Below are positions 1 to 12,500 of a stretch of DNA of 64,000 bases, piece by piece. A program made the translations under genes and the position numbers. Every line of letters begins with the position of its first letter. Position 1 is the stretch's first letter. The notes beneath the pieces are model-generated. The model saw only the letters and a list, made by a program, of their open reading frames with translations. It made no database searches and was not told the DNA's origin. Source of the DNA: Eledone cirrhosa (taxonomy: Eukaryota); the NCBI GenBank assembly GCA_964016885.1, contig OZ024743.1:79174001-79238000 (forward strand). The letters are read 5' to 3'.

Positions 1-238
<238 letters not shown>

Positions 239-280
239 CAATATATTAATAAATGGAAACTATATTTATAAAACCATAAT

Positions 281-344
281 TATTTTATTATATATATTTC
301 AAGGCAACCAAGGCAGTCTTGGTACGCTTTCATCAGATAAAATA
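281..344 (-). ncRNA. Type-I hammerhead ribozyme (inverted arm copy)
   Basis: Reverse complement of the 465-529 motif with intact CTGATGA and GAAA cores. Confidence 0.85.
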
Positions 345-464
345 CAAGATTTGTTTTATAAATATTGACATAACCGTGGAAAAACAACCTTGACGGTTGA
401 AAGATCACTGAACCGACATGGTTGTTTTTCCAAGGTTATGTCAATATTTATAAAACAAATCTTG

Positions 465-529
465 TATTTTATCTGATGAAAGCGCACCAAGCCTGCCTTG
501 GTTGCCCTTGAAATATATATAATAAAATA
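465..529 (+). ncRNA. Type-I minimal hammerhead ribozyme
   Basis: TATTTTAT-CTGATGA-stem II (AAGCGCACCAAG/CTTGGTTGCCCTT)-GAAA-TATATA-TA-ATAAAATA. Stem I is 8 perfect bp, stem III is palindromic, and the cleavage triplet is AUA. Confidence 0.85.
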
Positions 530-757
530 ATTATGGTTTTATAAATATAGTTTCCATTTATTAATATATTGAATATTTACTGCAGTAAACTGTTGAGTGC
601 TTTATATCAGTTATAAACTTTTAAGCTTGTTGGAATCCCAACAAATTAAATATGACTTCTGCATGTATATATATGTATATATATTTTACAGACACAGAGT
701 AGGAAAGAGGTATCAATATCGCATTATTATATTTATTCACGTGCGACGCGTGGTTCG

Positions 758-797
<40 letters not shown>

Positions 798-1001
798 GAG
801 AGGGAGAAAGAGAGAGAGAGGGAGGGAGGGAGATAGAGAGAGGGAGAGAGAGTAAGCTATGTGTTAGTTAATCACAGACATGATTGTATGCAAGGTGGAG
901 CACTCAACGAAATATAGAAATAGGTCTGTTCACTCGGGTGTATATTTATAAACATGAAGTATAAGTCAACAGGCTAGAATTCATTTCATTTATTCATAAT
1001 C

Positions 1002-1060
1002 GCTGTTATATATATTTCGGTGATAACCGTTATGCAAGAGTTGTGACCTCATCAGTCAGC
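1002..1060 (-). ncRNA. Type-I hammerhead, slightly decayed
   Basis: Minus strand GCTGA-CTGATGA-GGTCACAAC..GTTATCACC-GAAA-TATATA-TA-ACAGC. There is an A.A mismatch at the base of stem I. Confidence 0.65.
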
Positions 1061-1147
1061 TAGAAGTTGAGCAGAAAATACAGACAAATGTGAAGAAAAA
1101 GAAAAAATAACTCCTGTTGTTTCGATTCATTGATCACACACACATAC

Positions 1148-1228
<81 letters not shown>

Positions 1229-1247
1229 AATATATAAAAAGATTCAG

Positions 1248-1320
1248 GACCCCGACGGCTGAGCTCTGGCCGTTTCGAGAGCTGGATCCGAACCCTTCTA
1301 TATCCGACTTCGTCGGGTTT
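1248..1320 (-). ncRNA. Hammerhead-like motif with long stem III (decayed); partial copy at 153-184
   Basis: Minus strand CCGACGA-AGTCGGAT..ATCCAGCT-CTC-GAAA-CGGC(CAGAGCTCA)GCCG-TC-GGGG. GUC triplet present, U4 changed to C, stem I poor. Confidence 0.4.
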
Positions 1321-1531
1321 ATAAATCTGATGGGCGGTTTGAGATCGAAGTCGGATTTATGGTCCTTCAGGGTAAAATAAGAGTACGAGGGTCGATAGGT
1401 TCCATTCGATCGGATATTCCGAGGCTGGAGGTGATATTTTGTCCCTCCGTATTTATGTCGTGGATCAGGAAAGAGTGGGACTTTTTATAAGTAGAGGTCA
1501 AACTACTCCCCCCCCCCCTCAAACACACACT

Positions 1532-1597
<66 letters not shown>

Positions 1598-1622
1598 TAT
1601 AGATATAAGTGTGTTTGGTGGG

Positions 1623-1688
<66 letters not shown>

Positions 1689-2049
1689 CGATACTCCGAC
1701 CAATTTCCAACTCACTCAACAAACATTAGGAAATACCGGAGTATATTCCCAATTAAACGTTTGGGGTGCTAACTATATTGTATTGTGTGGATAATTTGCT
1801 GTATTATTTCATATAAGATATATTAAATAACTCATATATACATATATGGTTTTGAGTGTGTTTGCGTTCGGATCTGACGGTCCTGCTGGGTTGTTTGCAT
1901 ATATATATATATATATATGCAAAAGTTCTATTTAAAGTTGTTAGGATACAACAAGTAAATATTTTTATAACTGATAGAAAGCACTCGGCAAATTTTTGGA
2001 GTATATATACGATATTAATAAATGGAAACTATATTTATAAAACCATATT

Positions 2050-2114
2050 TATTTCATTATACATATTTCAGGGATACCACATTAAATTATGGTATGCCTT
2101 CATCAGACAAAATA
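2050..2114 (-). ncRNA. Type-I hammerhead (same family as 465-529)
   Basis: TATTTTGT-CTGATGA-AGGCATACCA/TGGTATCCCT-GAAA-TATGTA-TA-ATGAAATA. Stem II sequence differs from the 465 copy but pairing is kept. Confidence 0.8.
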
Positions 2115-2530
2115 CAATATATAACAGTTTTACAAATAGGTTTGACGTACCCTTTAAAATACAACCATTACTTTTGGAGGCTGTCTGGATAGTAATTTGT
2201 TTATATAATAAGTCATAGTGTTAAGCACAATTAGAGAAAGACGGAGAGAAAGAAAGAGAAAAGAACAAAGACAGAGAGAGAGAAAGAAAAGAGAAAGAAA
2301 ACCTGGAGAAATATCGGAGAGAGAGAGAAATGTATGGAGAAAAGAAAGAGATAGATAAAGATAGGAGGAAATAAACAAACTTTCCGAAGAAGCGTACAGA
2401 GAAGCCTTTCGTCATCAGGGAAGTCAATGGCTTGGAATTTAGTCCACGCTTTGCTTTTTTCCATCCACTGAATTATTTTTGTATAAGTTCCCTGTGTCCA
2501 CGTATTGCCTGGAAACTTAGCTGAGAATAG

Positions 2531-2613
2531 ACTTCCCTGATGACGAAAGGCTTCTCTGTGCGCTTCTTCGGAAAGTATGTTTATTCCCTTTCAGAAACTA
2601 ATTAGTTGGGAGT
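2531..2613 (+). ncRNA. Type-I hammerhead variant with partial inverted copy at ~2368-2425
   Basis: ACTTCC-CTGATGA-C-GAAAGG...CCTTTC-A-GAAA-CTAATTAG-TT-GGGAGT, with palindromic stem III. A homologous element lies at ~53280-53490 (-). Confidence 0.7.
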
Positions 2614-2929
2614 GAAATTTTAGTGAGTAAGTTAATTTTATAATTTTCTTATTTTACGTCTCTCATATATATATATATATATATAAGTATATGCTTACGT
2701 AGATACATACATATATATATGTATACATACATAATGACAGGCACCTCTTTACAGAAGATGGTCATCTGTTCAATAAATTCCCTCCTATTTTGAACCACCG
2801 CCAACTGCAGGCTGCTGGTCAGTTTGATGACCGGACGGACTTTGTTTGATTCCCATTTTCTTGACCATACCAAAATATATACATAACAACATAAATACAT
2901 GCATACCAACATACATACATACATACAAA

Positions 2930-3053
2930 CATGATGGCTGCAACTCGATTTCGAGTAATGCCATTGCTTGAGCATCTCGGACGTGGCCTTTTAGTCCAGC
3001 TAGGGACTTACCTGTGGCCAGCAATACCATGTATCGCAAAAAATGGGACATAT
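2930..3053 (-). mobile_element. 3' end of RTE-derived non-autonomous element (family E; longer copy ~53761-54080)
   Basis: Ends on the minus strand in TTACTCGAAATCGAGTTGCAGCCATCAT followed by (GTAT)n. Homologous to the start of the 53761-54080 copy. Confidence 0.6.
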
Positions 3054-3232
3054 ATAACTGAAGTTGGATTTGTGGACAAAGGGAGCAGCTCCCTAATTCC
3101 TAGACTACAAATAGACGCGATATCTGGCACATTGAAAGTTTGCAAAGCCTTCTTGCAATTCAAGAGACGACAAATTCTTTTCTTTTACACCAGGACGGTG
3201 GCCGGTCAAAAATGTACTCGAATAAGAAGAAA
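3054..3232 (+). mobile_element. 5'-truncated R4/Dong LINE family A 3' end
   Basis: Diverged copy of 26772-26970 and 60535-60722 (…ISGTLKVCKAFLQFK plus 3' UTR), followed by (ACAT)n. Confidence 0.75.
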
Positions 3233-3245
3233 CATACATACATAC

Positions 3246-3660
3246 ATGGTGGCTGCCAACTCGTTTTCGAGTACGGCCACTACTTTATATCCATGTAGGA
3301 GAACCCCTACCGATGCGCTCAACGAGTGTGACCTTTTAGTCCAGCCAGCGACTTGAAAACTCTGGTAAAACACTACACTTGTGACAATTATTGACACATA
3401 GTGCTGGGCCCATGCTACCATGTGATGACAAGTGCAGAGAGATCTCCAGATATAAAGCAATGCCTGTGCCGTGAAGCTTTTATAGTGAGCAAAGGCACTG
3501 CACAAAGCCAGTCCCACTCTCTTAACCAAGATGATATTTACCAAAAAGAAGAACAAGTCAACATCATTGGATACCATCAGGGTTGCAGGTGTTATATCAG
3601 AGTTTTCCTTCTCCTAGAATTCTGCCTTGACAAAGGCTAAGGGGTCATCTCTCTCGCATC
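3246..3660 (-). mobile_element. RTE-derived bipartite non-autonomous element (family C)
   Basis: Homologous to 46624-47244 (+), 28200-28552 (-) and 61575-61754 (+). Carries a C2H2-like remnant (C..C.RVFKSLAGLKSH) near the 3' end and (TACA)n on both sides. Confidence 0.65.
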
Positions 3661-4459
3661 AGACATACATACATAGATACATACATACATACATACATAC
3701 ATACATACATACATACATACATACATACATACATACATACATACATACATACATACATACATACATACGTGTATACATATATACATACATGCAAAAATGG
3801 TCTTATTTAAGATGATTTCATCTGAAAACGAATTAACTATATATAATAATAAACCTGGTTTAGTGAGGGAATGTTTTTCGATCTCCACAGATTAATAGAT
3901 AGAAACAAACTTAATGTATGTATTACGATATAGATCAGTTAATACTCTGATACTATGACATGTCTTTATGACAGATCAGAGATTGATATTATGATTGTAT
4001 CTATCTAATGACATTGAACAAGATGTAAAACTACTATAACAGTTGTATCAAAGATCACAATGTTATGAGAGATTTACCTAAAGAGAAGATGTAAAACTAC
4101 TATCACAGTTGTATCAGAGATCACAATGTTATGATATATCTACCTAAGGACATTGAACAAGATGTCAAACTACCAACTAATCAACAGAATGTGGTTTCAT
4201 TCATCAATGTATATGGTATTTATCTAAAAAATCTCCCTAATGAGAGATATTTCGGTAAATATATACACTTTAACTCCCATTGTAGTGGGCTTGTATTTTG
4301 AGAAAGTCACTTCACTCCACGTTGCCTTTAATGATAGAACTGGTGTACCTACCATTAAAACTCCTGAGAAATCTATGAAATATAATCTCGCATGAGACCA
4401 GCATAGGCGAGTGTTATAACAACAAGATAATAGAACCGGCCATCAATAGGATAGGCGAT

Positions 4460-5620
4460 AATTTACCTGGATACCGAGAACACATGATAAGACAATTTAC
4501 CTGGATACCGAGAAAACATGATAAAACAATTTATCTGGATACCGAGAACACATGATAAGAAAATTTACCTGGATACCGAGAACACATGATAAGACAATAT
4601 ACATGGATACCGAGAACACATGATAAGACAATATACATGGATACCGAGAACACGTGATGAGACAATTTACTTGGATACCGAGAACACATGATAAGACAAT
4701 TTACCTGGATACCTAGAACACAGGATAAGACAATTTACCTGGATACCGAGAACACACGATAAGACAATATACATGGATACCGAGAACACAGGATAAGACA
4801 ATTTACCTGGATACCGAGAACACATGATAAGACAAGATACCTGGTTACCGAGAACACAGGATAAGACAATTTACCTGGATACCGAGAATACATGAAAAGA
4901 CAATATACATGGATACCGAGAACACATGATAAGACAATTTACCTGGATACCGAGAACACATGATAATACAATTTACCTGGATACCGAGAACACATGATCA
5001 GACAATATACCTGGATACCGAGAATACATGAAAAGACAATATACATGGATACCGAGAACACATGATAAGACAATTTACCTGGATACCGAGAACACATGAT
5101 CAGACAATATACCTGGATACCGAGAACACATGATAAGACAATTTACCTGGATACCGAGAACACCTGATAATACAGTTTACCTGGATACCGAGAACACATG
5201 ATAAGACAATTTACCTGGATACCTAGAACAAATGATAAGACAATTTACCTGGATACCGAGAACACCTGATAATACAATTTACCTGGATACCGAGAACACA
5301 TGATAAGACAATATACATGGATACCGAGAACACATGATCAGACAATATACCTGGATACCGAGAATACATGATAAGACAATTTACCTGGATACCGAGAACA
5401 CATGATCAGACAATATACCTGGATACCGAGAACACATGATAAGACAATTTACCTGGATACCGAGAACACCTGATAATACAATTTACCTGGATACCGAGAA
5501 CACATGATAAGACAATTTACCTGGATACCGAGAACACATGATAAGACAATTTACCTGGTTACCTAGAACAAATGATAAGACAATTTACCTGGATACCGAG
5601 AACACATGATAAGACAAAGG
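4460..5620. repeat. 34-bp minisatellite (~34 copies), unit GAGAACACATGATAAGACAATTTACCTGGATACC
   Basis: Head-to-tail period of 34 with no spacers. Confidence 0.95.
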
Positions 5621-5679
5621 TATCCGGAAACCAATAAAGCAGATAACATTGATAGCTTCTTCAATACTAACGAAACAAC

Positions 5680-6100
5680 ATTCTTCTTCTTTCTTTCTTT
5701 TTTCTTCTTCTTCTTCTTCTTCTTCTGCTTTCTTTTTCTTTTTCTTCTTCTTCTTCTTTTTCTTTTTCTTTTTCTTTTTCTTTTTCTTCTTCTTCTTCTT
5801 CTTCTTCTTCTTCTTCTTCTTCTTCTTCTTCTTCTTCTTCTTCTTCTTTTTTCTTCATTTTCTTCTTCTTCTTCTTCTTCTTCTTCTTCTTCTTCTTCTT
5901 CTTCTTCTTCTTCTTCTTCTGCTTTCTTTTTCTTTTGCTTTTTCTTCTTCTTCTTCTTTTTCTTTTTCTTTTTCTTCTTCTTCTTCTTTTTCTTCTTCTT
6001 CTTCTTCTTCTTCTTCTTCTTCTTTTTTCTTCTTCTTCTTCTTCTTCTTCTTCTTCTTCTTCTTCTTCTTCTTCTTCTTCTTCTTCTTCTTCTTCTTCTC
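5680..6100. repeat. (TTC)n / (TTTTTC)n microsatellite
   Basis: Directly visible. Confidence 0.95.
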
Positions 6101-6377
6101 CGCCTCCCCCCTCTCTATCTCCACCTCTCCAAACCTGTAGCTATTACACCACAATACAACACACATTACAACATCTTTCCTTCCTTCCTTCCTCCCCCTT
6201 TTACCCCTCCCCCCAGCCACTACCAAACTTCTTTCTCAATATCCGTTTCACAATAGACCGGAAATTATCTATTTCCTAAAGTCATCTCTACAACAAGTGG
6301 AAGAACCTCGCAACAACATTGTTTTTCACGCCTAACAACAATAGATAAATATAGAATAAAGAAAATATTAACACTCA

Positions 6378-6545
6378 TAATATTTTTTTCTACTTTTGGT
6401 ACAAGGCCTGCAATTATCTCAGTGTATTACTGGTACTTTATTTTATCGACCCCGTAAGGATGAAAAGTAAAGTTAACCTCGGCGAGATTTGAACTCAGCC
6501 ATAAAGGGCAGTAACTCTATGCTGCAAAGCATGGCGTCCGACACA
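6378..6545 (-). mobile_element. tRNA-derived SINE (Meta-type central domain by recollection)
   Basis: Minus strand B-box GAGTTCAAATC then GAGGTTAACTTTACTTTTCATCCTTACGGGGTCGATAAAATAAAGTACCAG. Many copies in the window. Confidence 0.75.
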
Positions 6546-6569
6546 ATATTAATGAGTCGCTTGAATAGA

Positions 6570-9500
6570 ATATTGTTGTTAATGTTGCTGTGTTTGTTAC
6601 TGTTTTGAAATATTGTTGTTACTGTTGTTGTGTTAGTTACTGTTGTGAAATATTGTTGTTACTGTTGTTGTGTTTGTTACTATTGAGAAATGTTGTTGTT
6701 ACTGTTGTTGTGTTTGTTACTGTTGTGAAATATTGTTGTTACTGTTGTTGTCTTTGTTACTGTTGTGAAATATTGTTGTTACTGTTGTTGTGTTTGTTAC
6801 AGTTGTGAAATATTGTTGTTACTGTTGTTGTGTTTGTTACTGTTGTGTTTGTTACTATTGAGAAATATTGTTGTTACTGTTGTTGTGTTTGTTACTGCTG
6901 TGAAATATTGTTGTTACTGTTGTTGTGTTTGTTACTGTTGTGAAATGTTGTTGTTACTGTTGTGTTTGTTACTGTTGTTGTATTTGTTACTGTTGTGAAA
7001 TATTGTTGTTACTGTTGTTGTGTTTGTTACTGTTGTGTTTGTTACTGTTGTGAAATATTGTTCTTACTGTTGTTGTGTTTGTTACTGTTGTGTTTGTTAC
7101 TGTTGTTGTATTTGTTACTGTTGTGAAATATTGTTACTGTTGTGGTGTTTGTTACTGTTGTGTTTGTTACTGTTGTGAACTATTGTTGTTACTGTTGTTG
7201 TGTTTGTTACTGTTGTGAAATATTGTTGTTACTGTTGTATTTGTTACTGTTGTGAAATATTGTTGTTACTGGTGTTGTGTTTGTTACTGTTGTGAAATAT
7301 TGTTGTTACTGTTGTTGTGTTTGTTACTGTTGTGAAATATTGTTGTTACTGTTGTTGTGTTTGTTACTGTTGTGAAATATTGTTGTTACTGTTGTTGTGT
7401 TTCTTACTGTTGTGAAATATTGTTGTTACTGTTGTTGTGTTTGTTACTGTTGTGAAATATTGTTGTTACTGTTGTTGTGTTTGTTACTGTTCTGAAATAT
7501 TGTTGTTACTGTTGTGTTTGTTACTGTTGTGTTTGTTACTGTTGTGTTTGTTACTGTTGTAAAATATTGTTGTTACTGTTGTTGGGTTTGTTACTGTTAT
7601 GATATATTGTTGTTACTGTTGTGTTTCTTACTGTTGAGAAATATTGTTGTTACTGTTGTGTTTGTTACTGTTGTGAAATATTGTTGTTACTGTTGTTGGG
7701 TTTGTTACTGTTATGATATATTGTTGTTACTGTTGTTGTGTTTCTTACTGTTGAGAAATATTGATGTTACTGTTGTGTTTGTTACTGTTGTGAAATATTG
7801 TTGTTAATGTTGTTTTGTTTGTTACTGTTGTGAAATATTTTTGTTACTGTTGTTGTGTTTGTTAATGTTGTGAAATATTGTTGTTACTGTTGGTGTGTTT
7901 GTTACTGTTGTGAAATATTGTTGTCACTGTTGTTGTGTTAATTACTGTTGTGAAATATTGTTGTTACTGTTGTGTTCGTTACTGTTGTGAAATATTGTTG
8001 TTACTGTTGTGTTAGTTACTGTTGTGAAATATTGTTGTCACTGTTGTTGTGTTTGTTACTGTTGTGAAATATTGTTGTTACTGTTGTGTTTGTTACTGTT
8101 GTGAAATATTGTTGTTAATGTTGTTTTGTTTGTTACTGTTGTGAAATATTTTTGTTACTGTTGTTGTGTTTGTTACTGTTGTGAAATATTGTTGTTAATG
8201 TTGTTTTGTTTGTTACTGTTGTGAAATATTTTTGTTACTGTTGTTGTGTTTGTTAATGTTGTGAAATATTGTTGTTACTGTTGTTGTGTTTGTTCCTGTT
8301 GTGAAATATTGTTGTTACTGTTGTCTTAATTACTGTTGTGAAATATTGTTGTTACTGTTGTGTTCGTTACTGTTGTGAAATATTGTTGTTACTGTTGTTG
8401 TGTTAGTTACTGTTGTGAAATATTGTTGTCACTGTTGTTGTGTTTGTTACTGTTGTGAAATATTGTTGTTACTGTTGTGTTTGTTACTGTTGTTGTGTTT
8501 GTTACTGTTGTGAAATATTGTTGTTACTGTTGTTGTGTTTGTTACTATTGAGAAATATTGTTGTTACTGTTGTGTTTGTTACTGTTGTGTTTGTTACTGT
8601 TGTGAAATATTGTTGTTACTGTTGTTCTGTTTGTTACTGTTATGATATATTGTTGTTACTGTTGTTGTGTTTCTTACTGTTGAGAAATATTGTTGTTACT
8701 GTTGTGTTTGTTACTGTTGAAAAATATTGTTGTTACTGTTGTATTTGTTACTATTGTGAAATATTGATGTTACTGTTGTTGTGTTTGTAACTGTTGTGAA
8801 ATATTGTTGTTACTGTTGTTGTATTTGTTACTGTTGTGAAATATTGTTGTTACTGTTGTTGTATTTGTTACTGTTGTGAAATATTGTTGTTACTGTTGTT
8901 GTATTTGTAACTGTTGTGAAATATTGTTGTTACTGTTGTGTTTGTTACTGTTGTGAAATATTGTTGTTACTGTTGTGTTTGTTACTGTTGAGAAATATTG
9001 TTGTTATTGTTGTTCTGTTTGTTACCGTTGTGAAATATTGTTGTTACTGTTGTGTTTGTTACTGTTGTGAAATATTGTTGTTACTGTTGTGTTTGTTACT
9101 GTTGTGAAATATTGTTGTTACTGTTGTGTTTGTTACTGTTGTGAATTATTGTTGTTGCTGTTGTGTTTGTTACTGTTGTGAAATATTGTTCTTACTGTTG
9201 TTGTGTTTGTTACTGTTGTGAAATATTGTTGTTACTGTTGTGAAATATTGTTGTTACTGTTGTTTGTTACTGTTGTGAAATATTGTTGTTACTGTTGTGT
9301 TTGTTACTGTTGTGAAATATTGTTGTTACTGTTGTGTTTGTTACTGTTGTGAAATATTGTTGTTACTGTTGTTGTGTTTGTTACTGTTGTGAAATATTTT
9401 TGTTACTGTTGTTGTGTTTGTTACTGTTGTGAAATATTGTTGTTACTGTTGTTGTGTTTGTTACTGTTGTGAAATATTGTTGTTACTGTTGTGTTTGTTA

Positions 9501-12500
9501 CTGTTGTGAAATATTGTTGTTACTCTTGTGTTTGTTACTGTTGTGAAATATCGTTGTTACTTTTGTTGTGTTTGTTACTGTTGAGAAATATTGTTGTTAT
9601 TGTTTTTCTGTTTGTTACCGTTGTGAAATATTGTTGTTACTGTTGTGTTTGTTACTGTTGTGAAATATTGTTGTTACTGTTGTGTTTGTCACTGTTGTGA
9701 AATATTGTTGTTACTGTTGTTGTGTTTGCTACTGTTGTCAAATATTGTTGTTACTGTTGTGTTTGTTACTGTTGTGAAATATTGTTGTTACTGTTGTGTT
9801 TGTTTCTGTTGTGAAATATTGTTGTTACTATTGTTGTGTTTGTTACTGTTGTGAAATATTGTTGTTACTGTTGTGTTTGTTACTGTTGTGAAATATTGTT
9901 GTTACTGTTGTGTTTGTTACTGTTGTGAAATATTATTGTTACTGTTGTTGTGTTTGTTACTGTTGAGAAATATTGTTGTTATTGTTGTTCTGTTTGTTAC
10001 CATTGTGAAATATTGTTGTTACTGTTCTGTTTGTTACTGTTATGAAATATTGTTGTTACTGTTGAGTTTGTTACTGTTGTGAAATATTGTTGTTACTGTT
10101 GTTGTGTTTGTTACTGTTGTGAATATTGTTGTTACTGTTGTGAAATATTGTTGTTACTGTTGTGTTTGTTACTGTTGTGAAATATTGTTGTTACTGTTGT
10201 TGTGTTTGTTACTGTTGTGAAATATTGTTGTTACTGTTGTTGTGTTTGTTACTGTTTTGAAATATTGTTGTTACTGTTGTTGTGTTTGTTACTGTTGTGA
10301 AATATTGTTGTTACTGTTGTTGTGTTTGTTACTGTTGTGAAATATTGTTGTTACTGTTGTGTTTGTTACTGTTGAGAAATATTTTTGTTATTGTTGTTCT
10401 GTTTGTTACCGTTGTGAAATATTGTTGTTACTGTTGTGTTTGTTACTGTTGTGAAATATTGTTGTTACTGTTGTGTTTGTTACTGTTGTGAAATATTGTT
10501 GTTACTGTTGTGTTTGTTCCTGTTGTTGTGTTTGTTACTGTTGTGAAATATTGTTGTTACTGTTGTGTTTGTTACTGTTGTGAAATATTGTTGTTACTGT
10601 TGTGTTTGTTACTGTTGTGAAATATTGTTGTTACTGTTGTTGTCTGTGTTACTGTTGTGAAATATTGTTGTTACTTTTGTTGTGTTTGTTACTGTTGTGA
10701 AATATTGTTTGTACTGTTGTTGTGTTAGTTACTGTTGTGAAATGTTGTTGTTACTGTTGTTGTGTTTGTTACTGTTGTGAAATATTGTTGTTACTGTTGT
10801 TGTGTTTGTTACTGTTGTGAAATATTGTTGTTATTGTTGTTGTGTTTGTTACTGTTGTGAAATATTGTTGTTACTGTTGTGTTTGTTACTGTTGTGAAAT
10901 ATTGTTGTTACTGTTGTGTTTGTTACTGTTGTGAAATATTGTTGTTACTGTTGTGTTTGTTACTGTTGTGAAATATTGTTGTTACTGTTGTTGTGTTTGT
11001 TACTGTTGTGAAATATTGTTGTTACTGTTGTGTTTGTTACTGTTGTGAAATATTGTTGTTACTGTTGTGTTTGTTACTGTTGTGAAATATTGTTGTTACT
11101 ATTGTTGTGTTTGTTACTGTTGTGAAATATTGTTGTTACTGTTGTGTTTGTTACTGTTGTGAAATATTGTTGTTACTGTTGTGTTTGTTACTGTTGTGAA
11201 ATATTGTTGTTAATGTTGTTTTGTTTGTTACTGTTGTGAAATATTTTTGTTACTGTTGTTGTGTTTGTTAATGTTGTGAAATATTGTTGTTACTGTTGGT
11301 GTGTTTGTTACTGTTGTGAAATATTGTTGTCACTGTTGTTGTGTTAATTACTGTTGTGAAATATTGTTGTTACTGTTGTGTTCGTTACTGTTGTGAAATA
11401 TTGTTGTTACTGTTGTTGTGTTAGTTACTGTTGTGAAATATTGTTGTCACTGTTGTTGTGTTTGTTACTGTTGTGAAATATTTTTGTTACTGTTGTGTTT
11501 GTTACTGTTGTTGTGTTAGTTACTGTTGTGAAATATTGTTGTTACTGTTGTTGTGTTTGTTACTGTTGAGAAATATTGTTGTTACTGTTGTTGTGTTTGT
11601 TACTGTTGTGAAATATTGTTGTTACTGTTGTTGTGTTTGTTACTGTTGTGAAATATTGTTGTTACTGTTGTGTTTGTTACTGTTGTGTTTGTTACTGTTG
11701 TGAAATATTGTTGTTACTGTTGTTCTGTTTGTTACTGTTATGATATATTGTTGTTACTGTTGTTGTGTTTCTTACTGTTGAGAAATATTGTTGTTACTGT
11801 TGTTTGTTACTGTTGAAAAATATTGTTGTTACTGTTGTATTTGTTACTGTTGTGAAATATTGATGTTACTGTTGTTGTGTTTGTAACTGTTGTGAAATAT
11901 TGTTGTTACTGTTGTTGTATTTGTTACTGTTGTGAAATATTGTTGTTACTGTTGTTGTATTTGTTACTGTTGTGAAATATTGTTGTTACTGTTGTTGTAT
12001 TTGTAACTGTTGTGAAATATTGTTGTTACTGTTGTGAAATATTATTGTTACTGTTGTGTTTGTTACTGTTGAGAAATATTGTTGTTATTGTTGTTCTGTT
12101 TGTTACCGTTGTGAAATATTGTTGTTACTGTTGTGTTTGTTACTGTTGTCTTTGTTACTGTTGTGAAATATTGTTGTTACTGTTGTGTTTGTTACTGTTG
12201 TGAAATATTGTTGTTACTGTTGTGTTTGTTACCGTTGTGAATTATTGTTGTTACTGTTGTGTTTGTTACTGTTGTGAAATATTGTTGTTACTGTTGTTGT
12301 GTTTGTTACTGTTGTGAAATATTGTTGTTACTGTTGTGAAATATTGTTGTTACTGTTGTTTGTTACTGTTGTGAAATATTGTTGTTACTGTTGTGTTTGT
12401 TACTGTTGTGAAATATTGTTGTTACTGTTGTGTTTGTTACTGTTGTGAAATATTGTTGTTACTGTTGTTGTGTTTGTTACTGTTGTGAAATATTTTTGTT

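Larger units (their letters stand above)
239..665 (+). mobile_element. Fold-back PLE terminal-repeat remnant (inverted arms 239-389 / 420-571)
   Basis: ~150-bp near-perfect inverted arms, each carrying a hammerhead. The right arm continues to ~665 and is homologous to the reverse complement of ~1917-2114. Flanked by (TA)n. Confidence 0.7.

Noticed and set aside
4460-5620. CRISPR-like 34-bp repeats
   Set aside because: Units are contiguous with no unique spacers, there are no cas genes, and the context is eukaryotic.
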